This document shows positions 19,740-29,788 of a stretch of 64,000 bases of DNA, in pieces (within the stretch, counting starts at the first letter, position 1; every line of letters begins with the position of its first letter). Position numbers and translations under genes: made by a program. The stretch comes from Gammaproteobacteria bacterium (GTDB taxonomy: Bacteria; Pseudomonadota; Gammaproteobacteria; UBA4575): the NCBI GenBank assembly GCA_965222615.1, contig CBDCUI010000007.1:256001-320000 (forward strand). The letters are read 5' to 3'. The notes beneath the pieces are model-generated. The model made no database searches. It was given only the letters and a program-made list of their open reading frames with translations, and was not told the origin of the DNA.

Positions 19740-20621
19740 TTACTGCAAAAGCCAAGCAACAAGCATTCGGATTTGTGCGTCATCTAGGCGCTTTTCAAAA
19801 GCTGGCATAACACCATTGCGTCCGTCCGCAATAGTTTGGCGTAAAGCAGCATCGGAATTACCATACAACCAGACGTCATCGCTAAGTCTTGGGGCACCCA
19901 GTGCGACATTGCCCTCACCTTCCATACCATGACAAGCCACACAGTTTTGTTGGAACAGCTTACCTCCTGCAGTAGTGGCGGTAGCGGCATCACCTGAAGC
20001 AAGTGTTTTAATGAAATTGATAAGCTGCGTTACTCCTTCTTCCCCAATAATATTTTGCCAGCCAATCATCGCTGCCTTACGTCCATGCTTTATAGTCTGC
20101 ATGATTTCGGATTCACTGCCGCCCCACTGCCAATCAGCATCATGTAAATTAGGAAATGCGTCGGCCTGCCCTTCGCCATTTGGTCCATGGCAAACCGCAC
20201 AATTTTGAATAAAAATACGTTGTGCCGTATTCATAATAGTCGTATCGTTTTGCAGCTCTGTAATGGAGCGCTGTACAATGTTGCTGCGCATTTGCGCAAA
20301 CTTTTCATCATAATGTATGAGACTTTGATCAAGCCTCCCACCTTGCGACCACTTTAGCATTCCGCTGAACGACCCAAGACCTGGATATAACATCAAATAC
20401 ACAACTGAAACCACTAGTGCAATTAAAATCATCCAAAACCACCACATCGGCGCAGGGTATGACCCTTCACTGAGTGTTTCGTCCCAAATCGGTGACTTAG
20501 ACTCTTCGTACTTATTTGCTGAAAAATAAATGCTGAAAATTAACCATAACAAGCCTAACAAACTGGTGATTGTTATAGCAACAATCCATCCTCCCCAAAA
20601 ATCTGTCGGCATATCAGCCAT
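19740..20621 (-). CDS. ccoP: cbb3-type cytochrome c oxidase subunit III
   Basis: PMWW, YPGLG, CAVCH, CVACH, MPAF. Confidence 0.92.
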   Translation of the reverse strand: MADMPTDFWGGWIVAITITSLLGLLWLIFSIYFSANKYEESKSPIWDETLSEGSYPAPMWWFWMILIALVVSVVYLMLYPGLGSFSGMLKWSQGGRLDQSLIHYDEKFAQMRSNIVQRSITELQNDTTIMNTAQRIFIQNCAVCHGPNGEGQADAFPNLHDADWQWGGSESEIMQTIKHGRKAAMIGWQNIIGEEGVTQLINFIKTLASGDAATATTAGGKLFQQNCVACHGMEGEGNVALGAPRLSDDVWLYGNSDAALRQTIADGRNGVMPAFEKRLDDAQIRMLVAWLLQ

Positions 20622-20757
20622 CGCGATACTCGTCTTCTAACGGAATACGTTCCGCTTTTTTTAAAGAATCATTCGAAGATTTCATCGAAACCCAAATGAC
20701 AACTCCGATCATGAATGCCATTACCAACATATCGCCAGCAAAAATAAAATAAGTCAT
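20614..20757 (-). CDS. ccoQ: cbb3-type oxidase small subunit CcoQ (47 aa, not in the ORF track)
   Basis: Hand translation MTYFIFAGDMLVMAFMIGVVIWVSMKSSNDSLKKAERIPLEDEYRDG; lies between ccoO and ccoP; A-x-x-IPLED motif. Confidence 0.85.
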   Translation of the reverse strand: MTYFIFAGDMLVMAFMIGVVIWVSMKSSNDSLKKAERIPLEDEYRDG

Positions 20758-20759
20758 CA

Positions 20760-21383
20760 CTATTCTCCCAGCGAATATGCAGTACCAAGAACTTGTAGGT
20801 AGGCAATTAGGGCATCCAATTCAGACTTTTCCTCCAGCGTTGATTCTGCGGTTTCAATGTCTGTGTCGGAATAAGGATGCCCAAGCCTTTGTAAGGCACT
20901 GAGTTTATTGACAATATCGCGATCTTCATTGGCCGGTCGTTGAGCCAGCCATGGGTAGGCCGGCATGATGGAGTTAGGGACCACATCACGAGGATTGAGC
21001 AAATGGATGCGGTGCCAATCATCTGAATACTTGCCACCAACACGATGTAAATCAGGTCCGGTACGTTTTGAACCCCATAAAAAAGGTCGGTCATAAACAA
21101 ATTCGCCGGCACGAGAAAAAGTGCCATAACGCTGTATCTCGGCCACTAGAGGACGAATTTGTTGTGAATGACAAGTGCTACAGGCTTCGCGAATGTAGAT
21201 ATCACGACCGACTAATTCTAGTGGCTTGTAAACTTGCACATTATTAGTTGGTGTAACAAGCGATTCTTGAAACAAACTTGGAAGCACTTGCACAAGTCCA
21301 CCAATCGCTGACACAAACAAAATACCAAAAATGAGTAGACCAACATTTTTTCCCAATAGTTGATGTAATCTAAAGGCGCTCAT
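20760..21383 (-). CDS. ccoO: cbb3-type cytochrome c oxidase subunit II
   Basis: [31 protein letters not shown]. Confidence 0.95.
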   Translation of the reverse strand: MSAFRLHQLLGKNVGLLIFGILFVSAIGGLVQVLPSLFQESLVTPTNNVQVYKPLELVGRDIYIREACSTCHSQQIRPLVAEIQRYGTFSRAGEFVYDRPFLWGSKRTGPDLHRVGGKYSDDWHRIHLLNPRDVVPNSIMPAYPWLAQRPANEDRDIVNKLSALQRLGHPYSDTDIETAESTLEEKSELDALIAYLQVLGTAYSLGE

Positions 21384-22822
21384 GCGACAGCCTCCGATAC
21401 TATCGGTGGTCTAACCGCAATCGTGCGACGACCTATTATTGTATTTATAAAATTATAGGCCATTAGCAAAGTGCCAAATAAAAATAGAAGTCCTGCAACA
21501 AAACGAAGTAAATAATAAGGACCCATTGCAGCCATGATTTCTGTAAAGCTATAACGAAGTTCGCCTAGTTCATCTAAACTAAGCCATAAAACCCCTTGCG
21601 AGATTCCAGCACCCCACATAGCTACTATGTAAAGCATCGTGCCTGCAAGCGCTAACCAAAAATGGAGATTTGCCAAGCGCACACTATACAGTTCAGCACC
21701 AACAAGCCTGGGCACAAGAAAATAGAAGGTTCCATAGGTTATGAGTGCATTCCAACCTAGTGCACCAGAATGCACATGCCCGATGGTCCATTCTGTGAAA
21801 TGACTAATGACATTAACGCTTTTGATTGCAAGCATCGGCCCTTCGAATGTAGCGAGTCCATAAAAAGCCAGTGCAAGTACAATGAATTTCAGTGCGGGGT
21901 CCGAACGAAGTTTTTGCCATGCTGTACTAACCGTCATGATTCCGTTAATCATCGATGCCCAGGATGGCGCAAGTAGTACCAGACTCATGACCATACCTAA
22001 ATTTTGCACCCATTCTGGAACGGCGTTGTAATGCAAGTGATGCGGTCCAGCCCAGATGTAGCTATAGGTAAACGCCCAAAATGCAACAATCGAAAGTTTA
22101 TAACTCCAAATTGGTCGTTCGGCCTGCTTGGGTAGAAAGTAATACATCATTCCAAGAAAGCCACCTGTCAATAAAAAACCTACAGCATTATGACCGTACC
22201 ACCATTGTACGATTGCATCCTGTGCACCGGCATATAAAGAATATGACTTGGTCAAGGTAACCGGTATAGCGAGGTTATTGACGATATGCAGCATCGCTAT
22301 AACGATAATTAAACCACCATAAAACCAATTCGATATGTAAATCTCTTTTATCCGCCGCTTGGCAATCGTGCCAAAGAACACAATTGCAAAACACACCCAA
22401 ACCAGCGTTATAGCAATATCAAATGGCCATTCAAGTTCCGCATATTCTTTTGAACTATTAAAACCAGCGAGTAGAGATAGTCCACCTAACAGTATGGCAA
22501 TTTGCCAAGCCCAACAGGTAAACCAGGCAAGATTCGTTGCATAAAGACGTACATGGCTAGTGCGCTGTACACTGTAATATGCCGTTCCCATGAGTGCTGA
22601 AACACCAAAGCCAAAGATCACCACATTTGTGTGAAAGGTTCGCAATCTACCAAACGATAACCACGACTGCTCAAAGCTCAACCCTGGCCAAACAAGTTCC
22701 GCAGCGACATACACTCCAGCCAACATACCAATTAATGCCCAAAAAATTGAAAACATTACTAAGATTGTAACAATGCGATCACTGTAGATTTCAACGGATA
22801 AATTTTTAGCGGGATCAGACAC
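21380..22822 (-). CDS. ccoN: cbb3-type cytochrome c oxidase subunit I
   Basis: [40 protein letters not shown]. Confidence 0.95.
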   Translation of the reverse strand: MSDPAKNLSVEIYSDRIVTILVMFSIFWALIGMLAGVYVAAELVWPGLSFEQSWLSFGRLRTFHTNVVIFGFGVSALMGTAYYSVQRTSHVRLYATNLAWFTCWAWQIAILLGGLSLLAGFNSSKEYAELEWPFDIAITLVWVCFAIVFFGTIAKRRIKEIYISNWFYGGLIIVIAMLHIVNNLAIPVTLTKSYSLYAGAQDAIVQWWYGHNAVGFLLTGGFLGMMYYFLPKQAERPIWSYKLSIVAFWAFTYSYIWAGPHHLHYNAVPEWVQNLGMVMSLVLLAPSWASMINGIMTVSTAWQKLRSDPALKFIVLALAFYGLATFEGPMLAIKSVNVISHFTEWTIGHVHSGALGWNALITYGTFYFLVPRLVGAELYSVRLANLHFWLALAGTMLYIVAMWGAGISQGVLWLSLDELGELRYSFTEIMAAMGPYYLLRFVAGLLFLFGTLLMAYNFINTIIGRRTIAVRPPIVSEAVA

Positions 22823-22824
22823 CG

Positions 22825-23439
22825 TTAAACCCCCATTGAAGGACCAATTCCATTGATCCAGAAAAATACGGTGATGCCTAGTAGACTAACGAGTGCAACT
22901 AGCAAATAACCAATCAATGACGAAGCCATCAACATGCCACGTTCAGGTGTAGTGTGTAAGACGATTGGCAAACCACGGTAAAGTAAGTACATACTCCAGA
23001 TAAGTGCTGGTATCAGTACAAGAATATTGATAAAAACATCTGGATATAGATGAATAATACTGCCCACTGCTAACGGGGCACCCACAACTGTGATCATGGC
23101 AAAATGAATACCAAGCGAATGTCTTGCGCCATAGGTGCTTGCCATCCATTGCGACACGATTGCGGTACTAATAAATCCAAATAATAGTGCACAAAAGTAA
23201 GCGAGGCTAATTCCGAATAATAGTTCTTTTTGTAAAAGCAGAGGCTCAACCGTACCCAAACGCCATCCAAATTTCGATGTGCCTAGAAAAGCAAATAGTG
23301 GTGGTAAAATCCCAAACCAAAGAGCGACTTTAAAAAATACCGATGTGGGTGATGGTTTTAATTCAGACAATTGTTGAAATACAACATTCGGCTGAAACAG
23401 CAACCGAATCATCAATAATGGTGAAAATGATTGTGGCAT
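22825..23439 (-). CDS. Yip1/DUF1282 family membrane protein
   Basis: [22 protein letters not shown]...ERG; 5 TM; abuts ccoN. Confidence 0.8.
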   Translation of the reverse strand: MPQSFSPLLMIRLLFQPNVVFQQLSELKPSPTSVFFKVALWFGILPPLFAFLGTSKFGWRLGTVEPLLLQKELLFGISLAYFCALLFGFISTAIVSQWMASTYGARHSLGIHFAMITVVGAPLAVGSIIHLYPDVFINILVLIPALIWSMYLLYRGLPIVLHTTPERGMLMASSLIGYLLVALVSLLGITVFFWINGIGPSMGV

Positions 23440-23583
23440 AGTAGTTAGGATTTATAGTCAGTAATTTCGTATTTAATATTTTTACCTAAATAACTATTAA
23501 TAACCGCTATGCTTACGTTGAAAAGTCGTGTGGTTTATTTTTTATAAGAAAACATAAAATATACTAAGTATTTTTATATATTA

Positions 23584-23597
23584 TTGATCCAGGACAA
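23584..23597. promoter_or_regulatory. FNR box upstream of yip1-ccoNOQP
   Basis: TTGAT-CCAG-GACAA (8/10 to TTGAT-N4-ATCAA). Confidence 0.6.
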
Positions 23598-23651
23598 ATA
23601 ATGATTAATTACTATGAACATCTGGATTTACAACACGAGTTGCTATTAAGC

Positions 23652-23685
23652 AAAAAAAAAACCGCAGTTGAAATAACTGCGGTTT
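23652..23685 (-). terminator. Intrinsic terminator of the GST-monooxygenase operon
   Basis: AAACCGCAGTT-GAAAT-AACTGCGGTTT stem with a long U tract on the minus strand. Confidence 0.85.
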
Positions 23686-23729
23686 AATAAGTACTAGAAG
23701 AAACTTATATTATTACAAAAATGTAATAT

Positions 23730-23936
23730 TTATATTTTCCAGTGAAAGGCTTCTTCCCCGGAAATCGCAAAAAACATCCAGACATCAATAAGCAACACAA
23801 TTAAGAAAATAATTGACGTTCCCAGTGCCCAGAATGGGTTAAAGTGATGATCACCAACACCTATTGCATACAGTATAAAGCCCACCACACCTGTAAACGC
23901 GGCAATGGCTAGCAAAGCAAGTTGAACTTTAGACAT
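23730..23936 (-). CDS. 68-aa two-TM membrane protein
   Basis: GAGG RBS before ATG 23936; MSKVQLALL...GVGDHHFNPFW... Confidence 0.7.
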   Translation of the reverse strand: MSKVQLALLAIAAFTGVVGFILYAIGVGDHHFNPFWALGTSIIFLIVLLIDVWMFFAISGEEAFHWKI

Positions 23937-23964
23937 TACGAATACCTCGCATATTAAACAATTA

Positions 23965-25149
23965 TTAATCTGGTTTTTCGCACAATGGCATGTCATACCA
24001 CCCTGCGTTGTAATTCATACGAGCAGCGATCTTACGTTCGCCTTCGCTGGCTCTATTCTCATCCCAGTCTGCAAGACGAGGTTTAATGAATTTTTCCCAA
24101 AGCGGTGGTACCAGTAACAATGCAAGCATCGCATAGTAGCCATAGCCCGTATCAGGAGCACCACAATCTTCTAACTCCCAGAAATGAGTTTCACCGCGGT
24201 CATGGTGGTCGGCCTGACGACCGATTTCAATGAAACCCCATTGGGTAAAGGGTGACTCGCCTACATCCCAAGAATGATGGTAATCAATCGGCTGACCTTT
24301 TTCTCGAATCAAACCATAGTGCTCTAAGTAATTAAGCACTTCTAATTCAAATGCTGAAATCACCCAGCTACCTACCATGACTCCTAAACCGATCCAACCA
24401 GCTGCAAACCAAAACATGAAAATGGTTGGAAGACTCATGGCATAACCGCGTATCCAACGATTTTGCCAAGAGATAAATGGCACACCTAACCTCGCCAGGC
24501 GTTGTTTCTCCATCACATATAAAAATCTGGATTGGCCAAAGTGAGAAAGCAGATAATGCTTATAAATGCTGCGACCTCTTGGTGAAGTAGCCGGATCATC
24601 TTCACAGCCTAATTCCAAGTGATGGTTGTAGACATGGGCATAGCAAAAATGTGCAATACCGCTTAGCGCCATCATCCAGCGTGCCAGTACAAAGGTAGGC
24701 CCTTTGGTATGGGCAAGCTCGTGCCCAAACATGATACCTAGCCCCATATAGATGCCTGCGGACACCGTAGCTCCATACATTTGCCAGCCGGTGACACCAT
24801 GATGAATATCTATTCCGAGTATTTGATTAGGTCCAAAAGAATTGCCGGTGGCAAACTCATATACACGCCACACCAGCGCGAGTTGCAGCATGACAAACAC
24901 CGGATACTGTGCCCACATCATTACCTTTAATAACTTGTCGATTCCATATAGATCACCATTGGCATCTCGGCCTGCAGGCTCCGCATGAATGGACTTAGCC
25001 GCACTGGTGGCCCAGTCGACAATCACAGACAAGATTAAAAGAACCACTCCTGTCCACACCCATGGACCGCCAATTACAAGGCCTACCATGGTTAGGAAAA
25101 TTAGAGCAGGTGTTTCGAAATATCGAAGATTTACTAAAAATTTATGCAT
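23965..25149 (-). CDS. Membrane di-iron monooxygenase, AlkB/XylM family
   Basis: His boxes HELAH, HVYNHH, NYLEHYG, QADHH; DPATSPRG; GGPWVWTG N-terminus resembles XylM/CymAa. Confidence 0.9.
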   Translation of the reverse strand: MHKFLVNLRYFETPALIFLTMVGLVIGGPWVWTGVVLLILSVIVDWATSAAKSIHAEPAGRDANGDLYGIDKLLKVMMWAQYPVFVMLQLALVWRVYEFATGNSFGPNQILGIDIHHGVTGWQMYGATVSAGIYMGLGIMFGHELAHTKGPTFVLARWMMALSGIAHFCYAHVYNHHLELGCEDDPATSPRGRSIYKHYLLSHFGQSRFLYVMEKQRLARLGVPFISWQNRWIRGYAMSLPTIFMFWFAAGWIGLGVMVGSWVISAFELEVLNYLEHYGLIREKGQPIDYHHSWDVGESPFTQWGFIEIGRQADHHDRGETHFWELEDCGAPDTGYGYYAMLALLLVPPLWEKFIKPRLADWDENRASEGERKIAARMNYNAGWYDMPLCEKPD

Positions 25150-25216
25150 CGTTAACTTCTCCCTACTACTTAAGTAAATTATAGCTTTGTTTAAACCTCA
25201 TTATTATTTATTTTAT

Positions 25217-26026
25217 TTAAAAATCACTAATTCGTATATGCTTAAGACGCCCTTGTAAGGTTTCTTCTGCACTAGGCAGCATGTCGTAAGCAACAATATC
25301 CTGGCCACACTGGCTTTTTCTGGATTTAATTCGATTAAACCAGCTTTTGATATTCTTTCTTTCATCAATTAATGCACCACAGCCGGCAACCTCGCAAAGA
25401 TGGCAATACGCCGTCCAATGAAGATCTGCCCAGGTGTACTTGTCACACACAATGTATTTATTACTTTCTAATTGCTTGTCCAAAGCATCAAAAAATACCT
25501 TAAGGTCTTCACCACAGGCATTAATCACTTCCATATCAGGTGAATAAGATGGATCGTCTATTTTCTTTTTAATGGCTTCGTCAGCAATACGGTTTACACA
25601 CGGTGCAACATTCGTGACCGCGATATCAACCCAATAATTTTGCATAGCTGCCAACGCAGCATTACGTGGTGTCAACGCATATCCCAATCCTCTCGCATCG
25701 GCAAAGGCAGTAATGGCATCACCACCACAAGTTACGAAATCTAACTCTTTTACACAAGGCGTGATAGAAAATGGAGAAATTTCTGCAATTAAATCATCCT
25801 GATTATCAACTGCATCGGTAACCATACTATAGCAATCCATTTCCATACCTTGTTCCGCCGCCGTGATAATACATTTGAGGGTATCTGCATCAGATGGACA
25901 ACCGACCAGTTCAAGCACATATTGTGTTTTTTTCAAGTCACCTGCTAGTCCATAACGTGACTCATCGGTACTTTCAGTTTTTTCACATCCAGCTTTTTCA
26001 GCCATTAATTCGAATATATCTGACAT
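25217..26026 (-). CDS. Divergent glutathione S-transferase-fold protein, Cys-rich
   Basis: SPFSITPC (cis-Pro loop), LDKQLESNKYIV, YTWADLHW N-cap, IKSWFNRI. Confidence 0.75.
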   Translation of the reverse strand: MSDIFELMAEKAGCEKTESTDESRYGLAGDLKKTQYVLELVGCPSDADTLKCIITAAEQGMEMDCYSMVTDAVDNQDDLIAEISPFSITPCVKELDFVTCGGDAITAFADARGLGYALTPRNAALAAMQNYWVDIAVTNVAPCVNRIADEAIKKKIDDPSYSPDMEVINACGEDLKVFFDALDKQLESNKYIVCDKYTWADLHWTAYCHLCEVAGCGALIDERKNIKSWFNRIKSRKSQCGQDIVAYDMLPSAEETLQGRLKHIRISDF

Positions 26027-26066
26027 AACTATTTCCTGTTTTAATTTTTTATATATCTAGAAAACC

Positions 26067-26681
26067 TTATGCGGCCACTTTTTCAGCTTTGGTATCATAA
26101 CCAGGAATTTCGGTTTTCATTTTAGTCAACCATTTACTGATATTTCCATACTTACTAAGCATGTCACCGTGACCCTCTTCTTCTAAGACCTTACACACAG
26201 CAGACCAATGAATATCAGCAAGAGAAAACTCACCTACAATATAATTTTTATCCACAAGATTATTATCAAGACTTTCTAGAACGGCTGTCGCCTGATCTAC
26301 ATTACTAGCGAGATCACCCATAATTGACTCACATTTAGTTCGAAGCACTTGAGTCCAGTATTGTTGCATTGCCAATACTCTTGCTTTTCTCGGATGGATG
26401 GAGGGAGTTTGTCCTTTGATATTTAAATACGTTAATACTGCGCTAGCGCCACATACGGTAAAATCGCCATCCTCAATACAGGGATAACGTTCAAGACCCG
26501 ACATCTTCATTGACGCCGACATCTTATCCTCAAGAACAGAGGATTCGCCCCATTCAATCTCGACAGGCAGTTTTCTGTATGACGCTAAAAAGATACATTT
26601 ATAGGAGCCAGCATCACCAGATTTACAGATAAGTTTCAGTTTGTCGCCAGCTTTTTTTTGTTTTGAACCAAATAAACCCAT
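26067..26681 (-). CDS. Divergent glutathione S-transferase-fold protein
   Basis: YPCIEDGDF, AVLTYL, YIVGEFSLADIHW, ISKWL; GGAG RBS before ATG 26681. Confidence 0.8.
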   Translation of the reverse strand: MGLFGSKQKKAGDKLKLICKSGDAGSYKCIFLASYRKLPVEIEWGESSVLEDKMSASMKMSGLERYPCIEDGDFTVCGASAVLTYLNIKGQTPSIHPRKARVLAMQQYWTQVLRTKCESIMGDLASNVDQATAVLESLDNNLVDKNYIVGEFSLADIHWSAVCKVLEEEGHGDMLSKYGNISKWLTKMKTEIPGYDTKAEKVAA

Positions 26682-26860
26682 AATAGAAATCTCCAAATAT
26701 TAATTGCTATGGCATTACTTAAGTATAGACGAGGTCGAAATCTAGCCCCTACCAAAAAACAACACCCAAAATAAGGGATATAACCCCTCTATCTGTTATA
26801 AATGCTAGTCCTTTAACAAAATTATGTAAAATAGAATACTAATATCTCCCGTATAAAGTC

Positions 26861-26874
26861 CTGACTTAAGTCAG
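26861..26874. promoter_or_regulatory. FNR-like palindrome in the divergent GST/fnr promoter region
   Basis: Perfect palindrome CTGAC-TTAA-GTCAG. Confidence 0.55.
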
Positions 26875-27049
26875 CAAAAAATTAGGCTAATTATTTTCTG
26901 TAACAGAAGTCAGTTTCATTTATACTGATCTGGGGCAGGAAAGATTGATTTTTTGCTTGCATTAAAAATTCAAGCATCAATCCAGGTACACAAGTTACTT
27001 AAAAGATGGGCATTACCAAATATGGAAGTTAACAAATATCTATAGCGCA

Positions 27050-27796
27050 ATGACTACTCTTACCAAACAAAAAATAATCCTCAAACCATTGAAGGCTTCC
27101 TGCCAAAACTGCTCCTTGGTTGAACTATGCCTACCTAGAGGCTTAAGCAATAGCGATTTAAGCACTTTAGATGATGTTATTCAGCAACGTCGATTAGCGC
27201 ATAAGGGTGAAGTAATTTTTAGCCAAGGCGAAAAATCCGGTTGTATCTTTGCGGTAAGATCCGGTTCTGTAAAAACCTACACAACTGCAAAAAACGGTGA
27301 AGAACAAATTTTAGGCTTTCATCTTCCTGGGGAGCTACTTGGCTTGGACGGTTTAGATAATCAAATACACAGCTGTTCGGCAGTGGCTCTGGATACCGCC
27401 ACCATATGTGAAATGCCGGTAATTGATCTAAGTATTCTATGTGTAAAAATGCCTGGGTTACAACAGCGACTCCTCAGCTTGATTAGCAACGAGATTACTA
27501 AAGACCATACCATGCTATTGTTACTAGCAAGACGTAACGCCGAACAGAAACTAGCAACGTTTTTCATTGACATATCTGGCAGACTAAAGGAACGCGGTTA
27601 TTCAGCCGATGAATTTGATTTAACAATGAGCCGATACGATATTGGAAACTATTTAGGACTAGCGGATGAAACAGTAAGCAGATTGATATCAAAATTTAGA
27701 GAAAATAATATTATCAATGCGGACAGAAAAAAAATATCAATTCTTGATCACTATTCACTGTACCAAATTGCTGAGGGTGATTATAGTCTCAATTAA
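27050..27796 (+). CDS. fnr: FNR-type O2-sensing regulator (copy 1)
   Basis: CQNCSLVELC + TICE Fe-S ligands; DIGNYLGLADETVSR. Confidence 0.9.
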   Translation: MTTLTKQKIILKPLKASCQNCSLVELCLPRGLSNSDLSTLDDVIQQRRLAHKGEVIFSQGEKSGCIFAVRSGSVKTYTTAKNGEEQILGFHLPGELLGLDGLDNQIHSCSAVALDTATICEMPVIDLSILCVKMPGLQQRLLSLISNEITKDHTMLLLLARRNAEQKLATFFIDISGRLKERGYSADEFDLTMSRYDIGNYLGLADETVSRLISKFRENNIINADRKKISILDHYSLYQIAEGDYSLN

Positions 27797-28045
27797 TTTT
27801 TTAGTTAACCAAACCAAATGCTACTGTGAAAAATCGGGGCATGATCACAGCGCTGAAATAATTACTTTAGCGCCTTTATTTTTTACATTTTTATATTAAA
27901 AACAGACATCTAATTAAGTGCTTACAAATAAAAATTAGTTTCAATTTTTAGTATTTGCGCTTAAAATAGTATTAAGAACATACAAGTTCAAAACAAAATT
28001 TATAAACCATTTATATAATCAATAAACTCAAACTTAAGTACAATT

Positions 28046-28414
28046 ATGGATCAATCTCTATACGAAAAAATTGGTGGCGAAGAGACTGTTACAAAAGCAG
28101 CAAACTTTTTATATGTAAATATATTACATGATGATCGAATAAAAGATTTCTTTGATGATGTCGATATTGATAAACAAAAACGTAAAATGACAGCTTTTTT
28201 AACCTATATCTTTGGGGGACCATCACTTTATCTCGGTAAAGATATGCGCAGAGCACATAAAGACGCTGTTGAACACGGCTTAAGCGATGAGCATGTGGAC
28301 GCAATGATGGAATGCGTTCATACGACCTTGAATGAAATTGGCATTGAAAAAGACTTAGTAATTGAAGTTATTAATAAAATAGAACAACATCGGGATGACG
28401 TACTTAACAAGTGA
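28046..28414 (+). CDS. Group I truncated hemoglobin
   Basis: SLYEKIGG, FF, FGGP--Y-GKDMRRAH. Confidence 0.9.
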   Translation: MDQSLYEKIGGEETVTKAANFLYVNILHDDRIKDFFDDVDIDKQKRKMTAFLTYIFGGPSLYLGKDMRRAHKDAVEHGLSDEHVDAMMECVHTTLNEIGIEKDLVIEVINKIEQHRDDVLNK

Positions 28415-28597
28415 ACTATAGTTCATAGTAATCCGACGTACTACAAATGAGTTAGTTTTTTTGTAAATTATAATTATTCTATTTTTTACGTTTTTTAGTA
28501 AGACTTTAAACTAAATATCTCTTGCTCAACCAGTATTATAGATACCACTATTTAAGCAACTGATAGGTACATATTCATTACCTGTTAGCATTTTTTT

Positions 28598-28611
28598 TTG
28601 ATCACTATCGA
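28598..28611. promoter_or_regulatory. FNR box (upstream copy of a tandem pair)
   Basis: TTGAT-CACT-ATCGA (9/10). Confidence 0.6.
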
Positions 28612-28640
28612 AATTCTTCTTATAGTTTAATTTACTTCTC

Positions 28641-28654
28641 TTGATCTAAATCAA
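28641..28654. promoter_or_regulatory. FNR box
   Basis: Perfect TTGAT-CTAA-ATCAA upstream of the cytochrome c gene. Confidence 0.85.
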
Positions 28655-28713
28655 ATTTTAGTACGTTAAATTTAATACTCTAAATTCAGGATTTTATTTT
28701 GATCGAGTATTTA

Positions 28714-29148
28714 ATGCGTGTACTGATTTTTATTATTACAGCTACTTTGGCGAACATATCTTATGCAAATGAGATTAACACTTTAAGCGAAATAGATGAT
28801 CTCGTAATCGAAGGCGGAAAAGAGTTTCAACAAAGATGCGCCATTTGCCATGGAGAAAATGGCAAAGGCGATGGACCATATTCTTTTGCCTTAGTGTTTA
28901 AACCAGCTGACTTAACCAAATTATTAATTGAAAATGATGGTTACTTCCCTTTTTTAGAAACCTATTTAATTATCGATGGACGGGATATGTTAAAAACTCA
29001 CGGGACCCGTTTAATGCCTATCTGGGGCGATCGATATAGTGAGGAAACCTGGTCAACTGTGAGCCCAGAGTATGGAAAAACTTTAGTCAGAGGCCGTATT
29101 TTCGAATTACTTTTGTACCTATATTCTATTCAAGAACTTTCTTTATAA
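28714..29148 (+). CDS. Monoheme c-type cytochrome (paralog 1)
   Basis: Signal peptide, CAICH, KPADLT, HG--LMPIWG. Confidence 0.85.
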   Translation: MRVLIFIITATLANISYANEINTLSEIDDLVIEGGKEFQQRCAICHGENGKGDGPYSFALVFKPADLTKLLIENDGYFPFLETYLIIDGRDMLKTHGTRLMPIWGDRYSEETWSTVSPEYGKTLVRGRIFELLLYLYSIQELSL

Positions 29149-29208
29149 TCTTTTTTTATCTTAATAAACACTAGTGGTTAAGATAAGCTTCTATGTATTT
29201 GGTAGAGC

Positions 29209-29598
29209 TTAATTTTCATTATCAAGTATAGTTTTTACACGCTCAATAAAGTCTCTTTCTATAATTGGGCGTTCAACAAAATCTGTGGCTCCTGCTTGAA
29301 TTGCTTTGACTGCTGTGTTCACACTATTATTTCCATCTGCTAGAACTACTACAGGTGTTGAAAGGCCATGTTCACGCATTTGTTTAATCAAAGTAATACC
29401 ATCTGAGTCATCAATTTTAATTTCTGTAATTAAACACGCAGGCGCTTCTGAAATCGGTTCGTTTATAAAGTCCTGAGCATTTTTAAAAGTCTTAACTTCT
29501 GTCGGCAATTTACTCAATATCTCTACAAGTTGCTTACGTATATCATCATTGCTAACGATTAAATGAATTGGCTTATTTTTAGTTAACTTCCAAATCAT
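29209..29598 (-). CDS. Single-domain FixJ-like receiver with degenerate phosphorylation site
   Basis: AVKAIQAGATDFVERP; CLITEI at the phospho-Asp position. Confidence 0.8.
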   Translation of the reverse strand: MIWKLTKNKPIHLIVSNDDIRKQLVEILSKLPTEVKTFKNAQDFINEPISEAPACLITEIKIDDSDGITLIKQMREHGLSTPVVVLADGNNSVNTAVKAIQAGATDFVERPIIERDFIERVKTILDNEN

Positions 29599-29681
29599 TG
29601 ATTTATTAAATTACTCCTTTAGACTCGTCAAGCGATGGAGCGGCCTTTAATGATGGTGACACGGTTCGAGGCACTGAGATA

Positions 29682-29695
29682 ATGACCTCGATCAA
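29682..29695. promoter_or_regulatory. FNR box upstream of the receiver gene
   Basis: Minus strand TTGAT-CGAG-GTCAT (8/10). Confidence 0.65.
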
Positions 29696-29788
29696 TTTTC
29701 AGATCACCAATTGGCTGCCAACCTCAAAATCATGTGAATAATGGCGCCTAAGAGCTGAACAAAAATATGATATGAGTTGTGGAGATTT

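Noticed and set aside
29630-29670. GCGATGGAG... resembling a fluoride riboswitch; GGTTCGAG resembling a tRNA T-loop
   Set aside because: No pseudoknot partner or cloverleaf, and it is on the wrong strand for the adjacent gene
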